Assembly (NCBI GenBank): GCA_950097015.1
Contig: CATNEN010000027.1
Span: 248,001 to 312,000, forward strand
Reading direction: 5' to 3'
DNA from: Macrostomum hystrix
Lineage: Eukaryota; Animalia; Platyhelminthes
DNA: 64,000 nucleotides
In this document: positions 25,451-38,969 of the stretch, piece after piece
Position numbering within the stretch: position 1 is the first letter of the stretch
Layout: each line of letters opens with the position of its first letter
The notes under the pieces: model-generated
The model's database searches: none
Seen by the model: the letters and a program-made list of their open reading frames with translations, nothing else
Told to the model about the DNA's origin: nothing
Position numbers and translations under genes: made by a program

Positions 25451-27931
25451 CTATATCAAATCGTTCATGAGTCGGGAGTAGGAATCAATTGGTAATCTGG
25501 GATCTAAAGCTCGAAGCAACCTTGCGGAGGTGGGGTGGGCGGCTAGGATTTGCCATGCAACTGTGGACAAGACCCGCCCACGCTGAGCGGCGCCTCAAAG
25601 TCTGCGGCCTCTCCCAATGCGTCACTGATAAGATAATTAGCTGTCTGAGGCGTCTCGAAGTACTTTTGGGCTGGCAACTGGACAATGAGTGAGTCTGGCA
25701 AACCGGTTTTCTTGTGAGCGTTGCGATTGCACAGGAATCTCAAATCCATCTAAAATCCCAGAGCCATCTAGAATCCCAAATCCATCTAGAATCCCAAATC
25801 CATCTAGAATCCCAAAGCCATCTAGAATCCTAAATCCATCTAGAATCCCAAATCTATCTAGAATCCCAAATCTATCTAGAATCCCAAATCCATCAAGAAT
25901 CCCAAATCTATTTAAAATCCTAAAAGCCTTGAGAATCCCCAATGCCCTAAAAATTCCAGCAAATGCCAGTGAATCCTGCCAAGTCGCCAATCCATGCAGT
26001 TGGTAAACAGTTTTGCTAGCCTGTGCAGCTCAGAATATGCTCATGGATGGTGAGCGGTGCACAACTAGATGGAAACGGTTAGCCCCGTGCCGGTTAGCAA
26101 CTAAATTTACAACTGCGGAGCGATCCACTAATTCTCACATCACTAATTCAACTGGGCAAAGTTTTGCAACGGCACCAGGCGGGGCCCCACCAAACCGCAT
26201 AGCAACTGCTTTAGGAACTGAGGGGAACACGTATAGTAGTAGAAGCGAGACAGAGAGACTGCTCACCCAGCTTTGCAACGGTACGAAAGCGGGACCCCAC
26301 CAAATCGCCTAGCAACTGTGGGGGTAGAGATAACACAGATCGAGTGACTGCATTTCCAGCTGCAGCCACCTGTGTGGCAACCACTGGCCCAGAGACTCGG
26401 AGGGTTTGAGATGATCTCGCAGCGCTCTCTCCAGCTGCAGCCACCTGTGTGAGCAGCGAATGCTCAAATCCCCGAGCCGCTCAGCAACGGTTCGGCTGTT
26501 AGAACTTACGTCACACTCTACTCACTGTGCTCACAGCTCAAGGGCCAGAGACCGCGGATTCCTCTGCTCACACAGCTGGAGCCAGCTGCAGCTTCTGGTG
26601 CTCTCTCCGACCCCAGTGCATCTCGGTTGCCATGGGGATCGGCTGACCCCACACACAGCTCGGCCTTGAGAACAGAGACTCAGCTCTGAGCACTGCCTAC
26701 CTTCGCCACGCAGGTCAGTGAGTTGGCATTGTGTGAAACTCAGCAAACTGAAGCCAATGCAAGGAAAGTTGGACATTGCTTTGCACAGTCAGTCAGAGGG
26801 CCGTTGGTGTGATCCGTGCAGCTTTTCTGCTTTTTACACCTGCCTTGCGCAACAGAGCTCAAACAGATTGATGGGATTCCAAAGTCCTCAATGTGCGAAC
26901 CGCATGCCTATTCTTTTATCATCTCATTGGGATACTGTGAGAAATTTCCCGCTCAATGGATTAACGATATGACCAAATTATCTAATTGGCGCATTGTATA
27001 GCAGATAGGCCTAAGCGATATTGCTTGTCATTTAGTTCCTTACTCATAACATTTCTTTTGTCGGAAATCCCGTCTCCTCCCTAACAATTTCAACCCTAAT
27101 TCCCATTCATTAATTTGCCTTTCAATTCTGTTTTGAGCACGAGTTATTTTCATGCTTTGTTGCTCACATAGATTAGTCAATAATTAGCCATAATGCAGCA
27201 CATCACATCACAGATCATTGGTTTGACTTCATAAACAATTTACTAAGACTGATTTTTACACACTTAACAAGTGAGCATTGCATTACTAACTGACTACTCG
27301 AAGTAGAAAGTAAATGCTTCAGTTCAGAATCTGATGCCAATTAATGTAGCTATTATTCACACATAAGTTGTAGTCTCACAACTGTCACTATTTCTCATGG
27401 GCTTGTACGTCATTTAATTTCTTTTTTAATTTGCTCACGCAGAAAGCTTTGAAGAAAAAGGTGTCTCGAAGCAAAAGCATAACAGCTATTTTGTTGTGAT
27501 TGTGTGGTTGTGTGGCTTTGAAACTTCTTAACAACGCGTAGAAAAAAAGCGATTACAAAATCCTTATTAGCAATTTATAGAAGAACAAACAGGTCCATTG
27601 CTTTAAAGCTTGGAGATCGGTTAGATGGCATTTAATATTTATTTATAAATGTGGAATAAATACGAACTATTTCGCAAGTTAAAACCTAAACAAATAAAAT
27701 TGGCATAACTTTTCAATGGTTAAAAGTTGTCTGAAAAAAAAATAAGAATTAATTTGAAAACTTGTTAAAGTGCGAATAAAACGACACAGAAAATAGTTAT
27801 GTACATGTCGAAAGGTAATCAAATGGCTGGTTAAAAGTGCAGGCTAGACTGAAAAATAGAAAAATAAAATGCGTTACGTGCAAAACAAGGCGCAAAAGAG
27901 CAGCAAAATTATGAAAATGCACTTAATGATC

Positions 27932-29712
27932 TCTAGGGTCTAGAACCAGTAGCATAGGGGACTTCTAGAGTCTAGAACCAGTGGCATTAGGGACTTCTAG
28001 AGTCTAGAACCAGTGGCATTAAGGACTTCTAGAGTCTAGAACCAGTAGCATAGGGGACTTCTAGAGTCTAGAACGAGTAGCATAGGGGACTTCTAGAGTC
28101 TAGAACCAGTAGCATAGGGGACTTCTAGAGTCTAGAACCAGTAGCATAGGGGACTTCTAGAGTCTAGAACCAGTAGCATAGGGGACTTCTAGAGTCAAGA
28201 ACCAGTAGCATAGGGGACTTCTAGAGTCTAGAACCAGTGGCATTAGGGACTTCTAGAGTCTAGAACCAGTAGCATAGGGGACTTCTAGAGTCTAGAACCA
28301 GTAGCATAGGGGACTTCTAGAGTCTAGAACCAGTAGCATAGGGGACTTCTAGAGTCTAGAACCAGTGGCATTAAGGACTTCTAGAGTCTAGAACCAGTAG
28401 CATAGGGGACTTCTAGAGTCTAGAACCAGTAGCATAGGGGACTTCTAGAGTCTAGAACGAGTAGCATAGGGGACTTCTAGAGTCTAGAACCAGTAGCATA
28501 GGGGACTTCTAGAGTCTAGAACCAGTAGCATAGGGGACTTCTAGAGTCTAGAACCAGTAGCATAGGGGACTTCTAGAGTCAAGAACCAGTAGCATAGGGG
28601 ACTTCTAGAGTCTAGAACCAGTAGCATAGGGGACTTCTAGAGTCTAGAACCAGTAGCATAGGGGACTTCTAGAGTCTAGAACCAGTGGCATTAGGGACTT
28701 CTAGAGTCTAGAACCAGTAGCATAGGGGACTTCTAGAGTCTAGAACCAGTGGCATTAAGGACTTCTAGAGTCTAGAACCAGTGGCATTAGGGACTTCTAG
28801 AGTCTAGAACCAGTGGCATTAGGGACTTATAGAGTCTAGAACCAGTAGCATAGGGGACTTCTAGAGTCTAGAACCAGTAGCATAGGGGACTTCTAGAGTC
28901 TAGAACCAGTGGCATTAAGGACTTCTAGAGTCTAGAACCAGTGGCATTAGGGACTTCTAGAGTCTAGAACCAGTGGCATTAGGGACTTATAGAGTCTAGA
29001 ACCAGTAGCATAGGGGACTTCTAGAGTCTAGAACCAGTAGCATAGGGGACTTCTAGAGTCTAGAACCAGTAGCATAGGGGACTTCTAGAGTCTAGAACCA
29101 GTGGCATTAGGGACTTCTAGAGTCTAGAACCAGTGGCATTAGGGACTTCTAGAGTCTAGAACCAGTGGCATTAGGGACTTCTAGAGTCTAGAACCAGTGG
29201 CATTAGGGACTTCTAGAGTCTAGAACCAGTGGCATTAGGGACTTCTAGAGTATAGAACCAATGGCATTAGGGACTTCTAGAGTCTAGAACCAATGGCATT
29301 AGGGACTTCTAGAGTCTAGAACCAGTAGCATAGGGGACTTCTAGAGTCTAGAACCAGAGGCATTAGGGACTTCTAGAGTCTAGAACCAGTGGCATTAGGG
29401 ACTTCTAGAGTATAGAACCAATGGCATTAGGGACTTCTAGAGTCTAGAACCAGTAGCATAGGGGACTTCTAGAGTCTAGAACCAGAGGCATTAGGGACTT
29501 CTAGAGTCTAGAACCAGTGGCATTAGGGACTTCTAGAGTCTAGAACCAGTGGCATTAGGGACTTCTAGAGTCTAGAACCAGTGGCATTAGGGACTTCTAG
29601 AGTCTAGAACCAGTGGCATTAGGGACTTCTAGAGTATAGAACCAGTGGCATTAGGGACTTCTAGAGTCTAGAACCAGTGGCATTAGGGACTTCTAGAGTC
29701 TAGAACCAGTGT
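27932..29712. repeat. 32-bp satellite TCTAGAGTCTAGAACCAGTRGCATWRGGGACT (two XbaI sites per unit) 3' of the ZFP36-like stop; also at 38445-38878 and inverted at 62947-63605
   Basis: Direct reading; ~55, ~13 and ~20 units. Confidence 0.96.
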
Positions 29713-29800
29713 GGCATTGAGGGAATTCTAGAAAAAAACATGATTAAAACACTCCCCGTTGGGGATTAACAGTCGCGGTACTCCAGTCTCCCAGCCGAGT

Positions 29801-32800
29801 CTAGTGGATGAAGTGGCAGCGGCTGCCGTAGCGGCAGACACCTTCGCCGTGGAAGGCGCGGCACTGCTCCGTTTTGAACAGGCGGTGCCGATCCGGCCTG
29901 TTGCGCAACTCCTGCCGACCGTGGGCGAACTGGCAGTGCTCGGCGTACTCGCAGCAGCCGCTGTCCTGTCGGTGTGGGGTTGTAGGACTGTACAGTATCC
30001 TCTGTAGCTTATCCTCGCTGGTCAGCTTAGGCAGGGATAAACACACTGTGGGTCAGGGATAAACAGACTGGGTCAGGGATAAACAGACTGGGTAAGGGAT
30101 AAACACACTGGGTCAGGGATAAACACACACTGGGACAGGGATAAACAGACTGGGTCAGTGATAAACCTACACACTGGGTCAGGGAAAAACAGACTGGGTC
30201 AGGGATAATCACACTGGGTCAGGGATAAACACACACTGGGTCAGGGATAAACACACACTGGGGTCAGGGATAAACACACACTGGGTCAGGGATAAACAGA
30301 CAGGGACAGGGATAAACACACTGGGGTCAGGGATAAACACACACTGGGTCAGGGATAAACACACACTGGGTCAGGATAAACACACTGGGTCAGGGATAAA
30401 CACACACTGGGTCAGGGATAAACACACACTGGGACAGGGACAAACACACACTGGGTCAGGGATAAACACACACTGGGTCAGGGATAAACACACACTGGGT
30501 CAGGGATAAACACACACTGGGTCAGGCATAAACACACACTGGGACAGGGATAAACATTGTGCTTTATGCTTTTGTGCTCACCTGAAAGCTTCTGCACAGT
30601 TCAGTCTTGAATTTCAGGCCACCAGACGCCATTCGGACACGCTGGGCGGCCTTCAGGAGCCCTGACCTCGACGGCGAAGGCAAAGAAGTCGACAAAGCTG
30701 ACGACGAGCGCAACTGAAGGAAGAGTAGTAGAGCCGTGATTACTCAAACTGAGCAGGGCAAACTAAAACCCAAGGGCAGACTAGAACCCAAGGGCAGACT
30801 AATACTCAAGGGGCAGACTAAAACCCAGGGGGCAGAATAATACCCAAGGGGCAGACTAAAACCCAGGGGGCAGAATAATACCCAAGGGGCAGACTAAAAC
30901 CCAGGGGGCAGAATAATACCCAGGGGCAGACTAAGTCCCAAGGGCAGACTAAAACCCAAGGGGCAGACTAAAACCCAAGGGGCAGACTAAAACCAAGGGG
31001 CAGACTAAAACCAAGGGGCAGACTAAAACCAAGGGGCAGACTAAAACCCAAGGGGCAGACTAAAACCCAAGGGCAGACTAAAACCCAAGGGCAGACTAGA
31101 ACCCAAGGGCAGACTAATACTCAAGGGGCAGACTAAAACCCAAGGGGCAGACTAAAACCAAGGGGCAGACTAAAACCCAGGGGGCAGAATAATACCCAGG
31201 GGCAGACTAAGTCCCAAGGGCAGACTAAAACCCAAGGGGCAGACTAAAACCCAAGGGGCAGACTAAAACCAAGGGGCAGACTAAAACCAAGGGGCAGACT
31301 AAAACCCAAGGGGCAGACTAAAACCCAAGGGCAGACTAAAACCCAAGGGCAGACTAGAACCCAAGGGCAGAATAATACCCAAGGGGCAGACTAAAACCCA
31401 GGGGGCAGACTAAAACCCAAGGGCAGACTAAAACCCAAGGGCAGACTAAAACCCAAGGGCAGACTAAAACCCAAGGGCAGACTAAAACCCAAGGGCAGAC
31501 TAAAACCCAAGGGACAGACTAAAACCCAAGGGACAGACTAAAACCCAAGGGCAGACTAGAACCCAAGGGCAGAATAATACCCAAGGGGCAGACTAAAACC
31601 CAGGGGGCAGACTAAAACCCAAGGGCAGACTAAAACCCAAGGGCAGACTAAAACCCAAGGGCAGACTAAAACCCAAGGGCAGACTAAAACCCAAGGGCAG
31701 ACTAAAACCCAAGGGACAGACTAAAACCCAAGGGACAGACTAAAACCCAAGAGCAGACTAAAACCCAAGGGGCAGACTAAAACCCAAGGGGCAGACTAAA
31801 ACCCAAGGGGCAGACTAAAACCCAAGGGCAGACTAAAACCCAAGGGGCAGACTAAAACCCAAGGGACTGACTAAAACCCAAGGGCAGACTAAAACCCAAG
31901 GGCAGACTAAAACCCAAGGGCAGACTAAAACCCAAGGGCAGACTAAAACCCAAGGGCAGACTAAAACCCAAGGGCAGACTAAAACCCAAGGGCAGACTAA
32001 AACCCAAGGGCAGACTAAAACCCAAGGGCAGACTAAAACCCAAGGGCAGACTAAAACCCAAGGGCAGACTAAAACCCAAGGGCAGACTAAAACCCAAGGG
32101 CAGACTAAAACCCAAGGGGCAGACTAGAAGTCCAAAGGAAGGGCCCAACAGCAACTGTAGAAACCGAGGGAAAAGCACTTGAGTCTCAGATGGGGAGCAC
32201 AACTCACCTTCGCTGAGTCCAGGCCGACAGCCGCGGCCGAAGCGGCGATACTTTGCTCAGCTTGATGACCTGCCTTGAATGAGCTGTCACTGCTGGCCAA
32301 TGAGAACTGCTCAAAGCTCTGCAGGCGGTTGGAAAATTTGCTGATAAACTGAGCAATAAACTGGAGGTGCTGATAAACTGTGAGCAATAAACTGGAGTTG
32401 CTGATAAACTGTGAGCAATAAACTGGAGTTGCTGATAAACTGTGAGCAATAAACTGGAGTTGCTGATAAACTGTGAGCAATAAACTGGAGTTGCTGATAA
32501 ACTGTGAGCAATAAACTGGAGTTGCTGATAAACTGTGAGGAATAACCTGAAGTTACTGATAAACTGTGAGCAATAAACTGGAGTTGCTGATAAACTGTGA
32601 GCAATAAACTGGAGTTGCTGATAAACTGTGAGCAATAAACTGGAGTTGCTGATAAACTGTGAGCAATAAACTGGAGTTGCTGATAAACTGTGAGCAATAG
32701 GCCTAAACTGGAGTTGCTGATAAACTGTGGGAAATAAACTGGAGTTGCTGATAAACTGGAGTTGCTGATACACTATGAGGAATAAACTGGAGTTGCTGAT

Positions 32801-33327
32801 AAACTGGAGTTGCTGATAAACTGGAGTTGCTGATAAACTGGAGTTGCTGATAAACTGTGAGGAATAAACTGGAGTTGCTGATAAACTATGAGGAATAAAC
32901 TGGAGTTGCTGATAAACTATGAGGAATAAACTGGAGTTGCTGATACAGGGAAAACTCACCTGAAGCTCAATGTCGATAGACCTCAGGCACTGCAGAGCGG
33001 TCACGAAGGCCAGTTCAGGCTCAGCTGGAAGTGCTTTGACCGTTGCTGTGTGGAGCTCAGTGCTCAACAATTGCCAGTCGAGGCCGCTGCTGGACAGTGG
33101 CGATAGCGAACTCGCTGAGACATCACCGGGCGACTGCAGAATGGCGAGTAGCAGGTGAAGTGTAAGTATAAGCGAGGAGAGACTGATTGAAACAGAAGAA
33201 AAACATTTGTGATCAGAAATCAGGAAATAGTGGAGGCCAAAAATGGCAAAAATGAGCAACCGTTATCACTTACCGATGGAGTGAAGCCAGAATCGGATGC
33301 TGAGCTACCAAATGCAAATTGGAGCAT
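29801..33327 (-). CDS. zfp36-like: TIS11/ZFP36-family tandem CCCH zinc-finger protein, copy 1 (211 aa)
   Basis: Exons 33327-33274, 33133-32960, 32318-32208, 30713-30582, 29965-29801; all phase 0 with GT-AG boundaries. Encodes KFKTELC-x8-C-x5-C-x3-H and LFKTEQC-x8-C-x5-C-x3-H, then TAG. Confidence 0.92.
30030..30555. repeat. 20-22-bp array GGGTCAGGGATAAACACACACT in ZFP36-like intron 4; also at 39200-39552 and inverted at 62030-62620
   Basis: Direct reading. Confidence 0.95.
30760..32125. repeat. 18-19-bp array CAGACTAAAACCCAAGGG in ZFP36-like intron 3; also at 39750-40383 and inverted at 61275-61840
   Basis: Direct reading. Confidence 0.95.
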
Positions 33328-35534
33328 TTCTGCAGGGATCGATAAATAGCAGTTAGCAGTAGGCTAGGATAAGCGAGTGTTGAATCAAATTGAGCCTGGA
33401 ACCTTGAACTGTTTCAAGAGTCAAGACATCTCGGGCGCCTATTTAATGACTTGGATTTGGGCTGGGGTGGCCTTCCTCCGTTAGCCAGTGCAGGGGAAGC
33501 GACTCGTCTGATTCGAAGATCGCGCACCCAGAGGGGTGTCAGGGAGGGGGTGGGTGGCTTCCATTTCACACCCTCCTACGCGGCCGCGGAACCGCTGGCT
33601 GAACGCAGGGGCGAAATTTAAACAGAATTTAATTTAATAGCACAAACTGAGCCAGCCGTATAATGCCTATAATATGAATCCTTATCTCTGAATTTCGCTT
33701 ATTCCTTAAGATGCAAAGAACTGCCACTGAGCCACAAGTTAAGGCGTTGAGACTGCAAGGCACAATATCATCAACTGTGTAAGACTGTGAAACCGAGAAG
33801 CTCAAGTTAAACAACTCTATGCTTTGAACAAAGACTGCATCCCTCAAGCTTAGGATTAGGAAAATAAAGCAGTGCCGATGCCTATCTGTATATGCATGGG
33901 CCAGAATGAAACAGGCCCTCTATAGTTGCTGAATTGCTTCAATTAGACATCGAAACATAGTCTAAAGTGAGTAGCGATACGAAAACTGCTCATTCAACTG
34001 TACAATTAGCCACCGGTTAGAAACAGAATCTGGATGACGGAAGAAGAGAATAGCAGAATTTCGAAGTGGAGGAGGGGTGGGCGTTCTGAGGCGTCTCAGA
34101 AATGTTTTGTACAGTTTCACTGCGGTTGTTAACAATGCAAATGCAAATGACATTCTGATCTGACATTCTGACATATTATATCTAATGTGGATCGATAAAA
34201 GCCGGCTAAAGCTGGTGCATATGAGTTCGTTTAACTGCTAAACACAGATAGTTGCATGTATTTTTTGCTATTGGCAAGTGCAAATTATGTGCTTTAATAA
34301 TTTTACGAACAATTTAATCATAATAGTGTCTTCAGTAAAGAACTGATCGCATAGCAACTGCTTTAGGAACTGAGGGGAACACGTCTAGAAGTAGAAGCGA
34401 GACAGAGAGACAGCTCACCCAGCAGCAGCTTCCTGTGTGAGCAGCGAATGCTCGAATCCCAGAGTTTTGCAACGAAATGGCATTCCCATACCCTACCATA
34501 CATTCACATCTTTCCATCCATTCACTTCCCATCCCGTTACCATCCAGATCCGTCATCCAGATTGTCAAAATTTAGCTTTATTTCTAAACCCTCCCTATCC
34601 GTTCCCCAATCCTTCGCATCCTATTCCCTAACATCCGTTACAATCCATTCACTTCCCTTCCGATCCTTTTCCATCCCTTCCCATCGCTTCCCATCCCTTC
34701 CCATCCCTTCCCATCCCTTCCCACCCCTTCCCATCGCTTCCCATCCCTTCCCATCGCTTCCCATCCCTTCCCATCGCTTCCCATCCCTTCCCATCCCTTC
34801 CCACCCCCTTCACATCCCTTCCCATTCCTTCCCAACACATCCCATCCCATCCCATTCCTTCCCATCCCTTCCTATTCCTTCCCATTCCTTCCCATCCCTT
34901 CCCATCCCCTTCACATCCCTTCCCATCCCTTCCCATTCCTTCCCATCCCTTCCTATCCCCATCCAGTTGAGCTGAATGTCAAGGCAAAGTGTTTCAGTTT
35001 GCAGTGGCCCGTGGGATCGTTATTAAAAAATAAAATATTCTTGACTTCCCCAAATTCCCTCGCATTGCCCAGCTCAGAATTACTCTGTGGCCTCCTAAAG
35101 CCTCCCACAATAAAGTTACTTTGGGAAGAGGCCGCAGACTTCCGCAGACACGCAGGGTGTCGTGTCTTGCCAGCGCTGAGTAACTGCCCACCCCACCTCC
35201 GGCCGACCACCCAGGAGAATCTTCAGCGCGAACTCCTCCTCGCTTGTCGGCAATAAATCAAAGAGTGTCGGAGTCTTGACAGTCACTGAGGCAGAAGCCA
35301 CTGATTGTTTCTTCTGTCACATGCAAAAGTTCAGGACTGCAAGACTTGCCGCAATGCACCGCACACACAGGACAAAGACACACAACAGGGAAGACAAGTT
35401 ACTGTCCCCGTGATATCAATCCTATGGACTTCGTTGGCAGAAAAGTGAAAAACTAAAGTAGGATTTTTTAATTCGGTTTAGGACAGTTTGTTTGAGGATG
35501 TTTGAGGATAATATCTAGTGAAATGTGAAGTGAC

Positions 35535-36100
35535 GTGATGAGAATAGCTGATTTCTGTGGGATAATATCCAGTGAGATGTAGGATGAGAATAGCTGATTT
35601 CTGTGGGATAATATCCAGTGAGATGAGGGATTAGAATAGCTGATTTCTGTGGGATAATATCCTGTGAGATGTGGGATGAGAATAGCTGATTTCTGTGGGA
35701 TAATATCCTGTGAGATGTAGGATGAGAATAGCTAATTTCTGTGGGATAATATCCAGTGAGATGTAGGATGAGAATAGCTGATTTCTGTGGGATAAAATCC
35801 AGTGAGATGAGGGATGAGAATAGCTGATTTCTGTGGGATAATATCCAGTGAGATGAGGGATTAGAATAGCTGATTTCTGTGGGATAATATCCAGTGAGAT
35901 GAGGGATGAGAATAGCTGATTTCTGTGGGATAATATCCAGTGAAATGTAGGATGAGAATAGCTGATTTCTGTGGGATAATATCCAGTGAGATGTAGGATG
36001 AGAATAGCTGATTTCTGTGGGATAATATCCAGTGAGATGTAGGATGAGAATAGCTGATTTCTGTGGGATAATATCCAGTGAGATGTGGGATGAGAATAGC
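35535..36100. repeat. 46-bp satellite, unit-2 copy (~12 units)
   Basis: Same monomer as 22078-25450. Confidence 0.95.
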
Positions 36101-38969
36101 TTATATCAAATCGTTCATGAGTCGGGAGTAGGAATCAATTGGTAATCTGGGATCTAAAGCTCGAAGCAACCTTGCGGAGGTGGGGTGGGCGGCCAGGATT
36201 TGCCATGCAACTGTGGACAAGACCCGCCCACGCTGAGTGGCGCCTCAAAGTCTGCGGCCTCTCCCAATGCGTCACTGATAAGATAATTAGATGTCTGAGG
36301 CGTCTCGAAGTACTTTTGGGCTGGCAACTGGACAATGGGCGAGTCTGGCAAACCGGTTATCTTGTGAGCGTTGCGATTGCACGGGAATCCCAAATCCATC
36401 TAAAATCCCAAATCCATCTAGAATCCCAAATCCATCTAGAATCCCAAATCTATCTAGAATCCCAAATCTATCTAGAATCCCAAATCTATCTAGAATCCCA
36501 AATCTATTTAAAATCCTAAAAGCCTTGAGAATCCCCAATGCCCTAAAAATGCCAGCAAATGCCAGTGAATCCTGCCAAGTCGCCAATCCATGCAGTTGGT
36601 AAACAGTTTTGCTAGCCTGTGCAGCTCAGAATATGCTCATGGATGTTGAGCGGTGCACAACTAGATGGAAACGGTTAGCCCCATGCCGGTTAGCAACTAA
36701 ATTTACAACTGCGGAGCGATCCACCAATTCTCACATCACTAATTCAACTGGGCAAAGTTTTGCAACGGCACCAGGCGTGACCTCACCAAACCGCATAGCA
36801 ACTGCTTTAGGAACTGAGGGGAACACGTATAGTAGTAGAAGCGAGACAGAGAGACTGCTCACCCAGCTGCAGCCACCTGTGTGAGCAGCGAATGCTTTAT
36901 CCCCGAGTTTTGCAACGGTACCAAAGAAGGACCCCACCAAATCGCCTAGCAACTGTGGGGGTAGAGATAGCACAGATCGACAGACTGCATTTCCAGCTGC
37001 AGCCACCTGTGTGAGTAGCGAATGCTCAAATCCCCGAGTTTTGCAACGGTACCAAAGCGGGACCCCACCAAATCGCCTAGCAACTGTGGGGGTAGAGATA
37101 GCACAGATCGACAGACTGCATTTCCAGCTGCAGCCACCTGTGTGGCAACCACTGGCCCAGAGACTCGGAGGGTTTGAGATGATCTCGCAGCGCTCTCTCC
37201 AGCTGCAGCCACCTGTGTGAGCAGCGAATGCTCAAATCCCCGAGCCGCTCAGCAACGGTTCGGCTGTTAGAACTTACGTCACACTCTACTCACTGTGCTC
37301 ACAGCTCAAGGGCCAGCGACCGCGGATTCCTCTGCTCACACAGCTGGAGCCAGCTGCAGCTTCTGGTGCTCTCTCCGACCCCAGTTTATCGCTGACCCAG
37401 TGCGTTTATCCCTGACCCAGTCTGTTTTTCCCTGACCCAGTGTGTAGGTTTATCCCTGACCCAGTCTGTTTATCCCTGTCCCAGTGTGTGTTTATCCCTG
37501 ACCCAGTGTCATGGGAAGGCTGACCCCACACACAGCTCGGCCTTGAGAACAGAGACTCAGCTCTGAGCACTGCCTACCTTCGCCACGCAGGTCAGTGAGT
37601 TGGCATTGTGTGAAACTCAGCAAACTGAAGCAATGCAAGGAAAGTTGGACATTGCTTTGCACAGTCAGTCAGAGGGCCGTTGGTGTGATCCGTGCAGCTT
37701 TTCTGCTTTTTACACCTGCCTTGCGCAACAGAGCTCAAACAGATTGATGGGATTCCAAAGTCCTCAATGTGCGAAACACATGCTTATTCTTTTATCCTCT
37801 CATTGGGATACTGTGAGAAATTTCCCGCTCAATGGATTAACGATATGACCAAATTATCTAATTGGCGCATTGTACGAGCATTGCAGATAGGCCTAAGCGA
37901 TATTGCTTGTCATTTAGTTCCTTACTCATAACATTTCTTTTGTCGGAAATCCCGTCTCCTCCCTAACAATTTCAACCCTAATTCCCATTCATTAATTTGC
38001 CTTTCAATTCTGTTTTGAGCACGAGTTATTTTCATGCTTTGTTGCTCACATAGATTAGTCAATAATTAGCCATAATGCAGCACATCACATCACAGATCAT
38101 TGGTTTGACTTCATAAACAATTTACTAAGACTGATTTTACACACTTAACAAGTGAGCATTGCATTACTAACTGACTACTCGAAGTAGAAAGTAAATGCTT
38201 CAGTTCAGAATCTGATGCCAATTAATGTAACTATTATTCACACATAAGTTTTTTTTAAATGTGCAATTTTTTATTTTTAATGTGCAAACAAAACGACACA
38301 GAAAATAGTTATGTACATGTCGAAAGGTAATCTAATGGCTGGTTAAAAGTGCAGGCTAGACTGAAAAAAAGAAAAATAAAATGCGTTATGTGCAAAACAA
38401 GGCGCAAAAGAGCAGCAAAATTATGAAAATGCACTTAATTATCTCTAGGGTCTAGAACCAGTAGCATAGGGGACTTCTAGAGTCTAGAACCAGTGGCATT
38501 AGGGACTTCTAGAGTCTAGAACCAGTGGCATTAGGGACTTCTAGAGTCTAGAACCAGTGGCATTAGGGACTTCATAGAGTCTAGAACCAGTGGCATTAGG
38601 GACTTCTAGAGTCTAGAACCAGTGGCATTAGGGACTTCATAGAGTCTAGAACCAGTGGCATTAGGGACTTCTAGAGTCTAGAACCAGTGGCATTAGGGAC
38701 TTCTAGAGTCTAGAACCAGTGGCATTAGGGACTTCTAAAGTCTAGAACCAGTAGCATAGGGGACTTCTAGAGTCTAGAACCAGTGGCATTAGGGACTTCT
38801 AGAGTCTGGAACCAGTGGCATTAGGGACGTCAAGAGTATAGAACCAGTGGCATTAGGGACTTCTAGAGTCTAGAACCAGTGTGGCATTGAGGGAATTCTA
38901 GAAAAAACATGATTAAAACACTCCCCGTTGGGGATTTACAGTCGCGGTACTCCAGTCTCCCAGCCGAGT

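Noticed and set aside
25450-26950. Modules C and E as protein-coding or transposase/RT remnants
   Set aside because: Only short ORFs on both strands, frames differ between copies, and no recognisable motif.
32204-33259. Long ORFs (351, 487 and 361 aa) starting MLIFAIFG in the three copies
   Set aside because: Exon 2 read through into the intron-2 array; they end at different places in each copy, so they are not conserved products.
33500-33530. TTCGAATC-type tRNA T-loop motif upstream of the ZFP36-like gene
   Set aside because: No cloverleaf or A box could be built.
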